A DNA stretch of 52,686 bases from Minisyncoccota bacterium. GTDB lineage: Bacteria; Patescibacteriota; Minisyncoccia; Phycocordibacterales; UBA9973. How positions within the stretch are numbered: position 1 is the first letter of the stretch; every line of letters starts with the position of its first letter. The notes beneath the pieces were generated by a model that saw only the letters and a program-made list of their open reading frames with translations, had not been told where the DNA came from and made no database searches. The translations under genes were made by a program, and so were the position numbers. This document shows positions 37,262 to 45,591 of this stretch, piece by piece. The stretch lies in assembly GCA_041675045.1 (NCBI GenBank), contig JBAYUP010000002.1, forward strand, positions 1 to 52,686, given 5' to 3'.

Positions 37262-38170
37262 CTAAGCACTTGCTTTTGTTATTATTTCTATTGCTTTTGT
37301 AAGCAAAGGGACCATGTTGTCATACATTTTTAAACTAGGAACTTCATCAATACTAAACCATTGCACACCATCAAGTCCTCCAGATTGATTATAGAGAGTT
37401 ACCTCTCCGTATGGAGCCTCGGCAAGGAAAAAAGTTACCTGTTTGCGAATCTTGCCTTTTTCGGGATGGGTTGCGATATATTCATTCTGTCCAAGTTGGT
37501 CCTTGATGGTAATTGTAATCCCGAGCTCTTCTTTGATTTCACGAATCGCCCCTGCTTTGACATCTTCTCCTTCTTCAACACCTCCTTTTGAGAGTGTCCA
37601 ATAACCAAACACGTCATGAACAAACAAGAATGAGATAGTGTCATTATGTCGGGCGAAAATAACAGCACCTGCTTTTTTCTCAATAGGAAATTTAGCAGGG
37701 TCTGTTTCAAATTGCTTTACCTTCTTTTTACCACTCTCTTCTTTACCAGGTTCTCCGATTTCTTTATAGACACCACCGAGTACGCCGTTTACGAACTTAC
37801 TCGAAGTCTCTCCACCAAAGCTTTTTGATAGCTCAATCGCTTCATTGATTGCGACTTTTGGTGGAACCTGTGTTCGGTCACCAAAAAGAAGCTCGTACAG
37901 TCCAATACGAAGAATGTTACGATCAACAACAGAGATTTTTGCAATAGGCCAATCAGGAGCTGCTTTTTCAATTATTTCATCAATAATTGTTTGCTTTTTT
38001 ACAACACCCAAAAGAATCTCTTTCATAAAAGAAGAATCATTCAACCCTGGACCGAACTCTTCAATATTTCGATCGAGCATTTCCTCTGGAGTTGTGTCTT
38101 TTTCAACTGCAAAATCCCACTCAAAGAGTGTTTGTAAAACAATTGATCTTGAAAGGTGCCTGTTTGCCAT
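37262..38170 (-). CDS. nusB: NusB antitermination factor fused to a C-terminal Nudix hydrolase domain (302 aa)
   Basis: Residues 1-137 are NusB-like (RSIVLQTLFEWDF, VDRNILRIGLYELLF, AINEAIELSKSFGG, FVNGVLG). Residues ~165-302 carry the Nudix box GGVEEGEDVKAGAIREIKEELGI. It is one uninterrupted ORF. Confidence 0.88.
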   Translation of the reverse strand: MANRHLSRSIVLQTLFEWDFAVEKDTTPEEMLDRNIEEFGPGLNDSSFMKEILLGVVKKQTIIDEIIEKAAPDWPIAKISVVDRNILRIGLYELLFGDRTQVPPKVAINEAIELSKSFGGETSSKFVNGVLGGVYKEIGEPGKEESGKKKVKQFETDPAKFPIEKKAGAVIFARHNDTISFLFVHDVFGYWTLSKGGVEEGEDVKAGAIREIKEELGITITIKDQLGQNEYIATHPEKGKIRKQVTFFLAEAPYGEVTLYNQSGGLDGVQWFSIDEVPSLKMYDNMVPLLTKAIEIITKASA

Positions 38171-38183
38171 AAATATATAGTGG

Positions 38184-38226
38184 CTAGGTTCTAGTTGCTA
38201 GGAGCTAGTTATGAACTAGAACCTAG
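38184..38226. repeat. CTAG-rich 13-bp inverted repeat between rpmF and nusB
   Basis: CTAGGTTCTAGTT (38184-38196) pairs with AACTAGAACCTAG (38214-38226). The span contains six CTAG tetramers. Confidence 0.7.
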
Positions 38227-38243
38227 GGACTAAAAACTAAAAA

Positions 38244-38456
38244 CTACTTAGCTTTTTTCTTTGCTTGCTTTTTTTCTACTTTTTTAACCACATCGAGAAC
38301 CTTGCGTCCACGATAAAAACCACACTTCTTACAAACAAGGTGTGTTTCTTTAGGAGCTTCACAGTTTGAACAAACTGCAAAACGCTTGCCTTCGAGGGCA
38401 TGGTGGCTTCGACGATTCCCTGTGTGGGAACGTGTATGTCGCATTCGTGTTACCAT
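38244..38456 (-). CDS. rpmF: 50S ribosomal protein L32 (70 aa from MVTRMRHTRSH; the 124-aa ORF-track version is an upstream extension)
   Basis: MRHTRSHTGNRRSHHAL plus the Zn-ribbon Cys pairs CSNC...CKKC. Confidence 0.88.
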   Translation of the reverse strand: MVTRMRHTRSHTGNRRSHHALEGKRFAVCSNCEAPKETHLVCKKCGFYRGRKVLDVVKKVEKKQAKKKAK

Positions 38457-38543
38457 AAAGAATAGTATACCGATTTTACGCCAAAATGCAAACAATGACC
38501 CATCTCCACCTGAAACTTTGACCCTTACAAAAGGGTCATTTTG

Positions 38544-38552
38544 TGCTATTAT
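38544..38552 (+). promoter_or_regulatory. Extended -10 box TGcTATTAT, 6 nt upstream of the thrS ATG at 38559 (leaderless candidate)
   Basis: TGCTATTAT-AGAAAA-ATG. Confidence 0.45.
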
Positions 38553-38558
38553 AGAAAA

Positions 38559-40307
38559 ATGAAAAACACTGAAAATCTTACCCCCAAACGCCATACACTT
38601 GCACACCTTCTCGCTCAATCTGTAAAAGAAAAATACCCAGAAGCAAAATTAACACTTGGGCCAGCAGTCGATAACGGATTCTACTACGATATTGATTTTG
38701 GGTCAGACAAAATAACTGATGAAGACCTTGTAGTGTTCGAAAACACCATGCGCGCGCAACTCCCCCACTGGACAGCATTCACTCATAGCGTTGCAACAAA
38801 AGATGAAGCTAAGAATATTTTTTCTGGTAATGAATATAAAGAAGAACTTATTGAAGAAATCAGTAGTCGCGGAGAATCGATAACACTCTACACATGTGGA
38901 GGGTTTACTGACCTCTGTCGTGGAGGGCACTCTCTAAATCCGAGTGAAGAAATAAACCCTCTTTCATTTAAGCTTGACCGAGTTGCCGGCGCATACTGGC
39001 GAGGAGATGAGAAGAATAAAATGCTCACCCGCATTTATGGACTTGCTTTTGATACTAAAGAAGAACTTGATGCATACATACTCCAACAAGAAGAAGCAAA
39101 GAAGCGTGACCATCGTAAGATTGGTAAAGAAATGGGTCTCTTTGTTTTCTCTGAACTTATCGGGGGAGGACTCCCTTTGTGGACTCCAAAAGGTACCGTA
39201 ATTCGTGAATTACTCAACGAGTATGTATGGGAGCTACGCAAAGTACATGGATATGAAAAAGTAACGATCCCTCATATTACAAAAAAAGAACTCTACGAGA
39301 CATCAGGCCACTGGGCAAAATATGCTGATGATCTATTCAAAATTCACACACGCGAAGATCACCTCTATGCGATGAAGCCAATGAATTGCCCGCATCACAC
39401 ACAGATTTTTGATGCCGAACCAAAAAGTTATCGTGACATGCCAAAACGCTACTGCGAGACAACAATGGTCTATCGAGATGAGCAATCAGGTGAACTTTCT
39501 GGCCTCTCACGAGTGCTCTCAATTACTCAAGATGATGCACACGTGTTCTGTCGCGAAAATCAAATCGAAACAGAAGCACTTGCTGTCTGGGATATTATCG
39601 AAACATTCTACAAAACATTTGGCTTTGATTTAGAAGTCCGTTTTTCTCGCCACGACCCAGAAACACCAGAGAAATACCTTGGAGGTAAAGAAGTATGGGA
39701 AAAATCAGAGAATGCTCTCAAAAAACTAATGGAACACAAGGACGTTCAATGGATTGATGGTCTTGGTGAAGCAGCGTTCTATGGACCTAAAATTGATTTT
39801 ATCGCGCACGATTCTATTGGACGAGTTCTTCAGGTTGCAACAATCCAACTCGACTTTAATCAACCAAAAAACTTTGGGCTTACCTGCACAAACGAAAAAG
39901 GTGAAAAGGAGCAAGTGGTGATGATTCACTGTGCCGTGATGGGTTCAATTGAACGCTTCATGTCGACTCTTATCGAACATTTAGCAGGCAACTTCCCTCT
40001 CTGGCTTTCTCCAACACAAGTAGCCATCGTACCAGTGAGAGAAACTCATACACCGTACGCAGATGAAATTTTCAAAACTTTAAAAGCTAAGGATATTCGT
40101 GTCACACTTTTAGACGGCGATGATTCCCTTGGCAAACGTATTCGTAAAGCGAAAACTGATAAGGTACCGTATGTGATTGTGATTGGTGACAAAGAAAAAG
40201 AATCCGGAGTGCTTACTATAGAAACGCGAGACGATGCAAAAATTGAACTCGGAGCTGTTGATTTCATTTCTAAAATCGAAGAAGAAATCCAAACAAAGAA
40301 AATTTAA
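38559..40307 (+). CDS. thrS: Threonyl-tRNA synthetase without the N-terminal TGS domain (582 aa from the ATG at 38559; the ORF track starts at a TTG at 38541)
   Basis: Begins at the editing-domain motif RHTLAHLLAQ...GPAVDNGFYYD. Class II core HRKIGKE, MKPMNCPHH and TQDDAHVF, followed by a C-terminal anticodon-binding domain. Confidence 0.93.
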   Translation: MKNTENLTPKRHTLAHLLAQSVKEKYPEAKLTLGPAVDNGFYYDIDFGSDKITDEDLVVFENTMRAQLPHWTAFTHSVATKDEAKNIFSGNEYKEELIEEISSRGESITLYTCGGFTDLCRGGHSLNPSEEINPLSFKLDRVAGAYWRGDEKNKMLTRIYGLAFDTKEELDAYILQQEEAKKRDHRKIGKEMGLFVFSELIGGGLPLWTPKGTVIRELLNEYVWELRKVHGYEKVTIPHITKKELYETSGHWAKYADDLFKIHTREDHLYAMKPMNCPHHTQIFDAEPKSYRDMPKRYCETTMVYRDEQSGELSGLSRVLSITQDDAHVFCRENQIETEALAVWDIIETFYKTFGFDLEVRFSRHDPETPEKYLGGKEVWEKSENALKKLMEHKDVQWIDGLGEAAFYGPKIDFIAHDSIGRVLQVATIQLDFNQPKNFGLTCTNEKGEKEQVVMIHCAVMGSIERFMSTLIEHLAGNFPLWLSPTQVAIVPVRETHTPYADEIFKTLKAKDIRVTLLDGDDSLGKRIRKAKTDKVPYVIVIGDKEKESGVLTIETRDDAKIELGAVDFISKIEEEIQTKKI

Positions 40308-40311
40308 TTAC

Positions 40312-40356
40312 AAAAAAAATCCGCCGTACATATATAATGCATAGCGGATTTTTTTA
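40312..40356. terminator. Bidirectional hairpin terminator
   Basis: AAAAAAATCCGC...GCGGATTTTTTT between thrS (+) and the Nudix gene (-). Confidence 0.7.
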
Positions 40357-40935
40357 TTGTACCTGTGAAGACATGTATTGTTTCTCAAGTAAAAGGAGCT
40401 CTTCGGATTCGCACGGATTAATTTTATGATCAATAATCTTTTTGAAATCAGACGTTCTTCGGAGATATCCTCTAATAGGTCTTCCTGCGAGAACATCTGG
40501 AATAATCAACTCATCTCCGATAATCATTTGATCAAAGGGCAAATTACCAATAGGATACAGCCGAGGATGAATCATTTCCTTAGTTGAAATAGCCATTCCC
40601 TTAAACTTTACACATCGATAAAAGAAAACCTGAGATGATGGACCCCCAAATGAAACGTCTTCTTCTGTCCCATTATAGAAATCAATAACCGCAACAAGTT
40701 CTAAGTCATCAAGATGATCGATAGTAATTCCACCTGATTCCATGTGATTTACATGATTTTCAGGCACACCCCCAGATTCTTCATCTAATTCTCTTCTCGC
40801 GCATTCCTTTAATGATTCACCTGCTTTAGGTTCACCACCGTACCCCTTAAGGCCAATGACAGTCTCTTGTTGATATGCCATCACGACATGTGTGCCACCT
40901 GACACACAATAAACTGCTGTAGCTATTTTCTTCAT
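40354..40935 (-). CDS. Nudix hydrolase with a C-terminal extension (193 aa)
   Basis: Nudix box GGEPKAGESLKECARRELDEESG. Confidence 0.8.
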   Translation of the reverse strand: MKKIATAVYCVSGGTHVVMAYQQETVIGLKGYGGEPKAGESLKECARRELDEESGGVPENHVNHMESGGITIDHLDDLELVAVIDFYNGTEEDVSFGGPSSQVFFYRCVKFKGMAISTKEMIHPRLYPIGNLPFDQMIIGDELIIPDVLAGRPIRGYLRRTSDFKKIIDHKINPCESEELLLLEKQYMSSQVQ

Positions 40936-41004
40936 CGTATTGATTTATTTTAGTTTTTTCTTATTCTAAATGTTTTCAAATAAAAGTAAATAGGTTGGTA
41001 CATA

Positions 41005-41045
41005 CACCAAACAAAACAACCCTTATGGGGTTGTTTTGTTTGGTG
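41005..41045 (-). terminator. Intrinsic terminator after gyrB
   Basis: CACCAAACAAAACAACCC-TTAT-GGGGTTGTTTTGTTTGGTG hairpin. Confidence 0.8.
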
Positions 41046-41054
41046 GTAAATTAT

Positions 41055-43154
41055 TTATATATCCAACCGTGCCATTTTGGCATGAGATTGAATGAAGGCC
41101 TTACGTGGAGGAACCTCAGAGCCCATGAGCATATCAAACACCTTGTCAGCTTCCTGCGCATCAGTCACAGAAACTTGTTTGAGAATACGACGAGCTGGAT
41201 CCATGGTTGTTTCCCAAAGTTCCTCGGCGTTCATTTCTCCAAGACCTTTGTAGCGTTGAACATGAATCTTGCTCGCACGCTTTGCTTTTACATCTTCTTC
41301 GTCCTCTTCTTCTGGCTCTGCTCCCTCTGGTGCATTCTCACTTTCAGCAAGTAATTCTGCGAGATTTACAGCATCTTTGCCGAGCAATTTATCACGTTCC
41401 TCATCAGAGTACGCATACATAATTTCCTTACCTTTCTTTATTTTGAAAAGTGGTGGTTGTGCAATATACACAAAGCCCGCATCAAGTACTGCGCGGAAAT
41501 AGCGGTACATGAGCGTGAGAATAAGTGTACGGATGTGTGCACCGTCAACGTCCGCATCGGTTGCGATAATAATTTTGTGATAGCGCATTTTTTCGAGATC
41601 AAAGGTATCTCCAATCGATGTTCCCATTGCAATAACAAGATTTTTGATTTGTTCTGAGCCAAGCATACGATCAAGACGAGCACGCTCAACGTTCAAGATT
41701 TTACCGCGAAGTGGCAAGATCGCTTGTGTTTTTCGGTCGCGCCCCATCTTTGCAGTACCACCAGCCGAGTCTCCCTCTACGATGAAAAGCTCAGAAAGTG
41801 ACGCCTCTTTAACCTGACAGTCAGCGAGTTTACCAGGAAGTGTCATCCCCTCAAGCGCGCCCTTTCGGAGCACAGAATCTTTTGCAGCTTTTGCGGCCTT
41901 GCGAGCGCGAAGCGCGAGCAAGGATTTATTAATCATTGATTTCGCTTCATCCGGATTTTCTTCGAGGAACATTGTAAAAGCTTCACCAAACGCAGTCGCC
42001 ACAGCACCTTGGGCCTCAGTAGAACCGAGCTTCGCTTTTGTTTGACCTTCGAATTGAATTTCACGAAGTTTTACAGACACTACCGCAACGAGACCTTCGA
42101 GGACATCATCGCCTGTAAATCCACCATCAGCTTCTTTGATGAGATTATTTTTCTTGCCGTATGTATTTAAAATACGAGTAAGGGCAGTTTTAAATCCTGT
42201 AATATGAGTACCACCTTCAGGGTTATAAATATTGTTAGCAAACGGAACAATTTTCGGAGAAAAATCATCCACATACTGAAGTGCCACTTCGACGCCAACA
42301 TCGTCTACTTCTTTATCAGTATAAAATACAGTTGGGTGTATGGCTTTCTGTGATTTGTTGTAAAACTTTACAAGGGAAACAAGACCTCCCTCAAAATAGA
42401 ATGTTGTTGAGGGAACTTCAAGTCCGAGCTCGCTAAACCAAAAAGCATCTTCAAAATTACCCTTTCCTTTCCCACCTGTGAGAGGATCCCATTCGCGTGC
42501 ATCAATGATATCAATACGCAAACCTTTCACGAGATACGCTTGCTGACGCAAATGATTCACAATTGTATTCCAATCAAATCTTATTTGTTTAAAAATCTCT
42601 TCATCTGGCTCAAAAGAAATAATCGTTCCGTTCATTTTTGAAGAACCTACTTTTTTCACCGCAGCTTTTCTTTTACCTTGAGAATACTCTTGCACATGCT
42701 TTCCTCCTTCACGATGAACTTCTGCTTTTGTATAAATAGAGAGCGCATTCACCACAGACGCACCCACACCGTGAAGACCTCCAGAGACTTTGTATCCGCT
42801 CTCATCACCACCGAATTTACCTCCGGCATGGAGTGTCGTCATAACAGTTTCGAGCGCTGAAACTTTTGTTTTAGGATGAATAGCTACTGGAATACCACGA
42901 CCGTTATCAGCAACTCGCACAGAATTGCCTGGAAGTAGAACAACTTCGATGTGATTACAGTGTCCCCCCATCGCCTCATCGCGAGAGTTATCGAAAATTT
43001 CCCACACCAAATGATGGAGTCCATCAATACCAGTTGAACCAATATACATACCAGGACGACGACGAACTGGCTCGAGTCCCTCAAGAACAGAAATGGCTTC
43101 TGCGCCATATGAACCACCTTCTTTTTTTGTCTTTTTTGTATCGTCTTTTGCCAT
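41055..43154 (-). CDS. gyrB: DNA gyrase subunit B (699 aa from MAKDD; the ORF extends to 43175)
   Basis: GHKL ATPase motifs (EIFDNSRDE, GGLHGVGASVVNALS), TOPRIM ELFIVEGDSAGG, PLRGKILNVE, and an acidic insertion EPEEEDEED. Confidence 0.96.
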   Translation of the reverse strand: MAKDDTKKTKKEGGSYGAEAISVLEGLEPVRRRPGMYIGSTGIDGLHHLVWEIFDNSRDEAMGGHCNHIEVVLLPGNSVRVADNGRGIPVAIHPKTKVSALETVMTTLHAGGKFGGDESGYKVSGGLHGVGASVVNALSIYTKAEVHREGGKHVQEYSQGKRKAAVKKVGSSKMNGTIISFEPDEEIFKQIRFDWNTIVNHLRQQAYLVKGLRIDIIDAREWDPLTGGKGKGNFEDAFWFSELGLEVPSTTFYFEGGLVSLVKFYNKSQKAIHPTVFYTDKEVDDVGVEVALQYVDDFSPKIVPFANNIYNPEGGTHITGFKTALTRILNTYGKKNNLIKEADGGFTGDDVLEGLVAVVSVKLREIQFEGQTKAKLGSTEAQGAVATAFGEAFTMFLEENPDEAKSMINKSLLALRARKAAKAAKDSVLRKGALEGMTLPGKLADCQVKEASLSELFIVEGDSAGGTAKMGRDRKTQAILPLRGKILNVERARLDRMLGSEQIKNLVIAMGTSIGDTFDLEKMRYHKIIIATDADVDGAHIRTLILTLMYRYFRAVLDAGFVYIAQPPLFKIKKGKEIMYAYSDEERDKLLGKDAVNLAELLAESENAPEGAEPEEEDEEDVKAKRASKIHVQRYKGLGEMNAEELWETTMDPARRILKQVSVTDAQEADKVFDMLMGSEVPPRKAFIQSHAKMARLDI

Positions 43155-43233
43155 AGTATTAGAGACAGAAAGCATGAATTGCTCTCATATCATGCCTCAA
43201 GTATAGCAAGAAAACAGAATAAAATAAAGCACC

Positions 43234-43271
43234 AAAAAGCCCTTTTGGAGCTTATGGCAAAAGGGCTTTTT
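43234..43271 (-). terminator. Intrinsic terminator closing the surface-protein operon
   Basis: AAAAAGCCCTTTTG...CAAAAGGGCTTTTT hairpin of 14 bp overlapping the stop of the 481-aa gene. Confidence 0.8.
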
Positions 43272-44715
43272 ATTCTTTTTCGATATCTTTAATTTCCTTC
43301 AAGATAACCTTTTCAGCGGATTCAATATCTTTCTTAAATTTCACAAGGAATGTTCGCTCAGTTTCAGAAAGTGGCTTGTGTGCCTTTATTTTACGGAAGA
43401 TATTTATCTGCATATCCATATCCTCTTCGAGTGTTTCAAAACTCTGGGTTATCACTGATTCTGTGGTGACAAGTTTTTTCTTGAGATACGCATGCATCTT
43501 TCGCAAATAATATACTCCATAAATAATAAGTGCGATAAGAACGAGTAACAGCGCAAGAACTGGAGTAACAATAGTTAAATAATTATTTAATTTAGAAAAG
43601 AAATTTCCCCATGCATTTCTCTTAACCTCAATACGGATTGGCTTACCTGGATTGCTTTCAATACCATCTTTTGTGATAGCTTTCGCATTTACTGCATACG
43701 TTCCAAGTTTCATCTTGTCATCAGATACGAAACTCCACTTACCAGAATTGTTTGATTGGATATGTCCGACGAAATATTCAGTTGTCTCAACATTTGTCAC
43801 AGTCACATCAACATCCATGAGAGGATCCGCTGTTCCTTTTATGATAAGAAAATCATTCACATACACAGTTGTAGGATAATCAGTAATAACTGGTGTCGAA
43901 ATAGCGGTTGTTGAAAATTCAGCAAACCCACTCATTGAGACATCAAGAAGGTCGCGCGCCGTCACTTTAATAGTATGAATACCTCGCGCCAAATCTGGTG
44001 CCTCATAGATATGACTACCGTCATCAATCCATGAAATAACATCGAGAGAATCAATCGCCACAATGTACGCACGGTCTTTTACTGCACGTGGTGGAGTAAT
44101 AAGAAAACGCTTTGGTGCATTCTGTTCCCCGCTCTTTTTCAATTCTTCGATTTTAATAACATTATTAGCAGATGGTTTTGATTCCGTCGGTTCTGCTTTT
44201 GCTGGTACACGTTGTGTTGACTGAAGCACAGTGACAGTACTTATGCCTTTAGTTGAACTTAATTCCGTTCCATTTCCATCATTTGCTAAAACCGCTCCTT
44301 GTAAGAATTTAAGCGTTGCAACACCTGGTGCTTTCGCTTTGAAGATTAGCGTTACTACAGTCCCGCCACCACCAGCATAACCGTTGAGAATTACCCCTTC
44401 AAAAGTTGCAGTTCCTGTACTATTTGAATACGACGGTTCCTGTGCCCAGAGATTAATAATCGAGCCAGCTTTTGAAATTGATGTGAGAGAAAGAATTTCA
44501 CTTGGATAACTCACTTTCGCAGAAACAGCATTTATAGACGCATCACTTGAAACTGCTACACGAATACGTACGGCATCACCAACTGAATATGACGAAACTG
44601 AGGGAACAAAGTTCAATGATGCTGCGTGGGACACTTCTGCCGAAGAAAATAACCCTGCGAAAATTAAACAGAAGAGAAAAATAAAACGATTAAAATAATT
44701 TTTTACGACGAGCAT
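43270..44715 (-). CDS. Cohesin-like surface protein (481 aa) with Ig-like modules, a C-terminal TM anchor and a charged cytoplasmic tail
   Basis: Signal peptide ...SHA-AS. Cohesin-like module SLNFVPSVSSYSVGDAVRIRVAVSS...VSYPSEILSL...TFEGVILNGYAG..LIFKAKAPGVATLKF. TM helix LTIVTPVLALLLVLIALIIYGVYY. The family call is by eye. Confidence 0.6.
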   Translation of the reverse strand: MLVVKNYFNRFIFLFCLIFAGLFSSAEVSHAASLNFVPSVSSYSVGDAVRIRVAVSSDASINAVSAKVSYPSEILSLTSISKAGSIINLWAQEPSYSNSTGTATFEGVILNGYAGGGGTVVTLIFKAKAPGVATLKFLQGAVLANDGNGTELSSTKGISTVTVLQSTQRVPAKAEPTESKPSANNVIKIEELKKSGEQNAPKRFLITPPRAVKDRAYIVAIDSLDVISWIDDGSHIYEAPDLARGIHTIKVTARDLLDVSMSGFAEFSTTAISTPVITDYPTTVYVNDFLIIKGTADPLMDVDVTVTNVETTEYFVGHIQSNNSGKWSFVSDDKMKLGTYAVNAKAITKDGIESNPGKPIRIEVKRNAWGNFFSKLNNYLTIVTPVLALLLVLIALIIYGVYYLRKMHAYLKKKLVTTESVITQSFETLEEDMDMQINIFRKIKAHKPLSETERTFLVKFKKDIESAEKVILKEIKDIEKE

Positions 44716-45577
44716 ATTTTATAGCAATCAACACTACAACGAGTCCGAAGAATAGTATGAGTATATTATACACGGAGAAGAGAGGAGATGGAAGCGGTTC
44801 AATCATGGCAAATGCTTTTTTGTCACTAAAACTCACCGCTTGAATAATAATACGCTTGTGCCGAGATTGATCTTCGAGCACATACGGACTCTGTTCAACT
44901 TTTTTCCACTCACGATCACCTTCTTTTACGAGAACTTCTCTAATTCCTGATCCACCATCAGAAGCATTATAGATAAGAACAAATTTGCCCTTATACACAT
45001 CCTTATCTGTTGTCACGTATGCTTCAATCTCAGGAATACTCTCAACTCCTTCTGGAACATATTTTGTTTCCCCTTGGATATTTTTAACAATAATTTTCTG
45101 TGGAGAGGTAGAAAGAGTATGGAGTGTACCAACACCATTATTCTCGGTTGCTGTTGTAGAAATAAACGAAAGTTCACTCGCTCCATGAGAACGACCCTCA
45201 AACACAAGTCGCATCACCCGTCCTGGTGAAGACTTCCCATTACTAAATGGATCAATCACCCCCATAAAACCATTTGGAATAATCCCCGCAAAAGAGACTA
45301 CACCTTCGGTTGAGACATGAGGTTTTTCGATCCATGCGTTCACGATAGATCTCCCCTCCTCGGCCTGAATAAATGTGAGCGTCTCTTTTGAATATGAGAT
45401 TGAACCCTCAATTCCATTATAAGAAACATTTTCAGGGGAAAGAAAAACATCAACATAAAACTGTTCTCCAATCGCAACGCTTGTGCTCGAAGGAACAAAC
45501 GAGAGACTACCTGCATACACAGAAGAAGCACAAAAAAGAAGCACGGCACACAAACATCCACGATATATATATTTCAT
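44690..45577 (-). CDS. Cohesin-like surface protein (295 aa from MKYIYRG; the ORF extends to 45604) with a C-terminal TM anchor
   Basis: Signal peptide ...SVYA-GS. SLSFVPSSTSVAIGEQFYVDVFLS...ISYSKETLTF...SFAGIIPNGFMG...LVFEGRSHGASELSF is paralogous to the 481-aa protein. TM helix ILILFFGLVVVLIAI. Confidence 0.6.
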   Translation of the reverse strand: MKYIYRGCLCAVLLFCASSVYAGSLSFVPSSTSVAIGEQFYVDVFLSPENVSYNGIEGSISYSKETLTFIQAEEGRSIVNAWIEKPHVSTEGVVSFAGIIPNGFMGVIDPFSNGKSSPGRVMRLVFEGRSHGASELSFISTTATENNGVGTLHTLSTSPQKIIVKNIQGETKYVPEGVESIPEIEAYVTTDKDVYKGKFVLIYNASDGGSGIREVLVKEGDREWKKVEQSPYVLEDQSRHKRIIIQAVSFSDKKAFAMIEPLPSPLFSVYNILILFFGLVVVLIAIKYARRKKLF

Positions 45578-45591
45578 ATTAATCATAATAA

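Noticed and set aside
38457-38618. N-terminal extension of the L32 ORF to 124 aa
   Set aside because: The extension would overlap the thrS start region and contains no L32 sequence. L32 homologues begin at about the MVTRMRHTRSH position.
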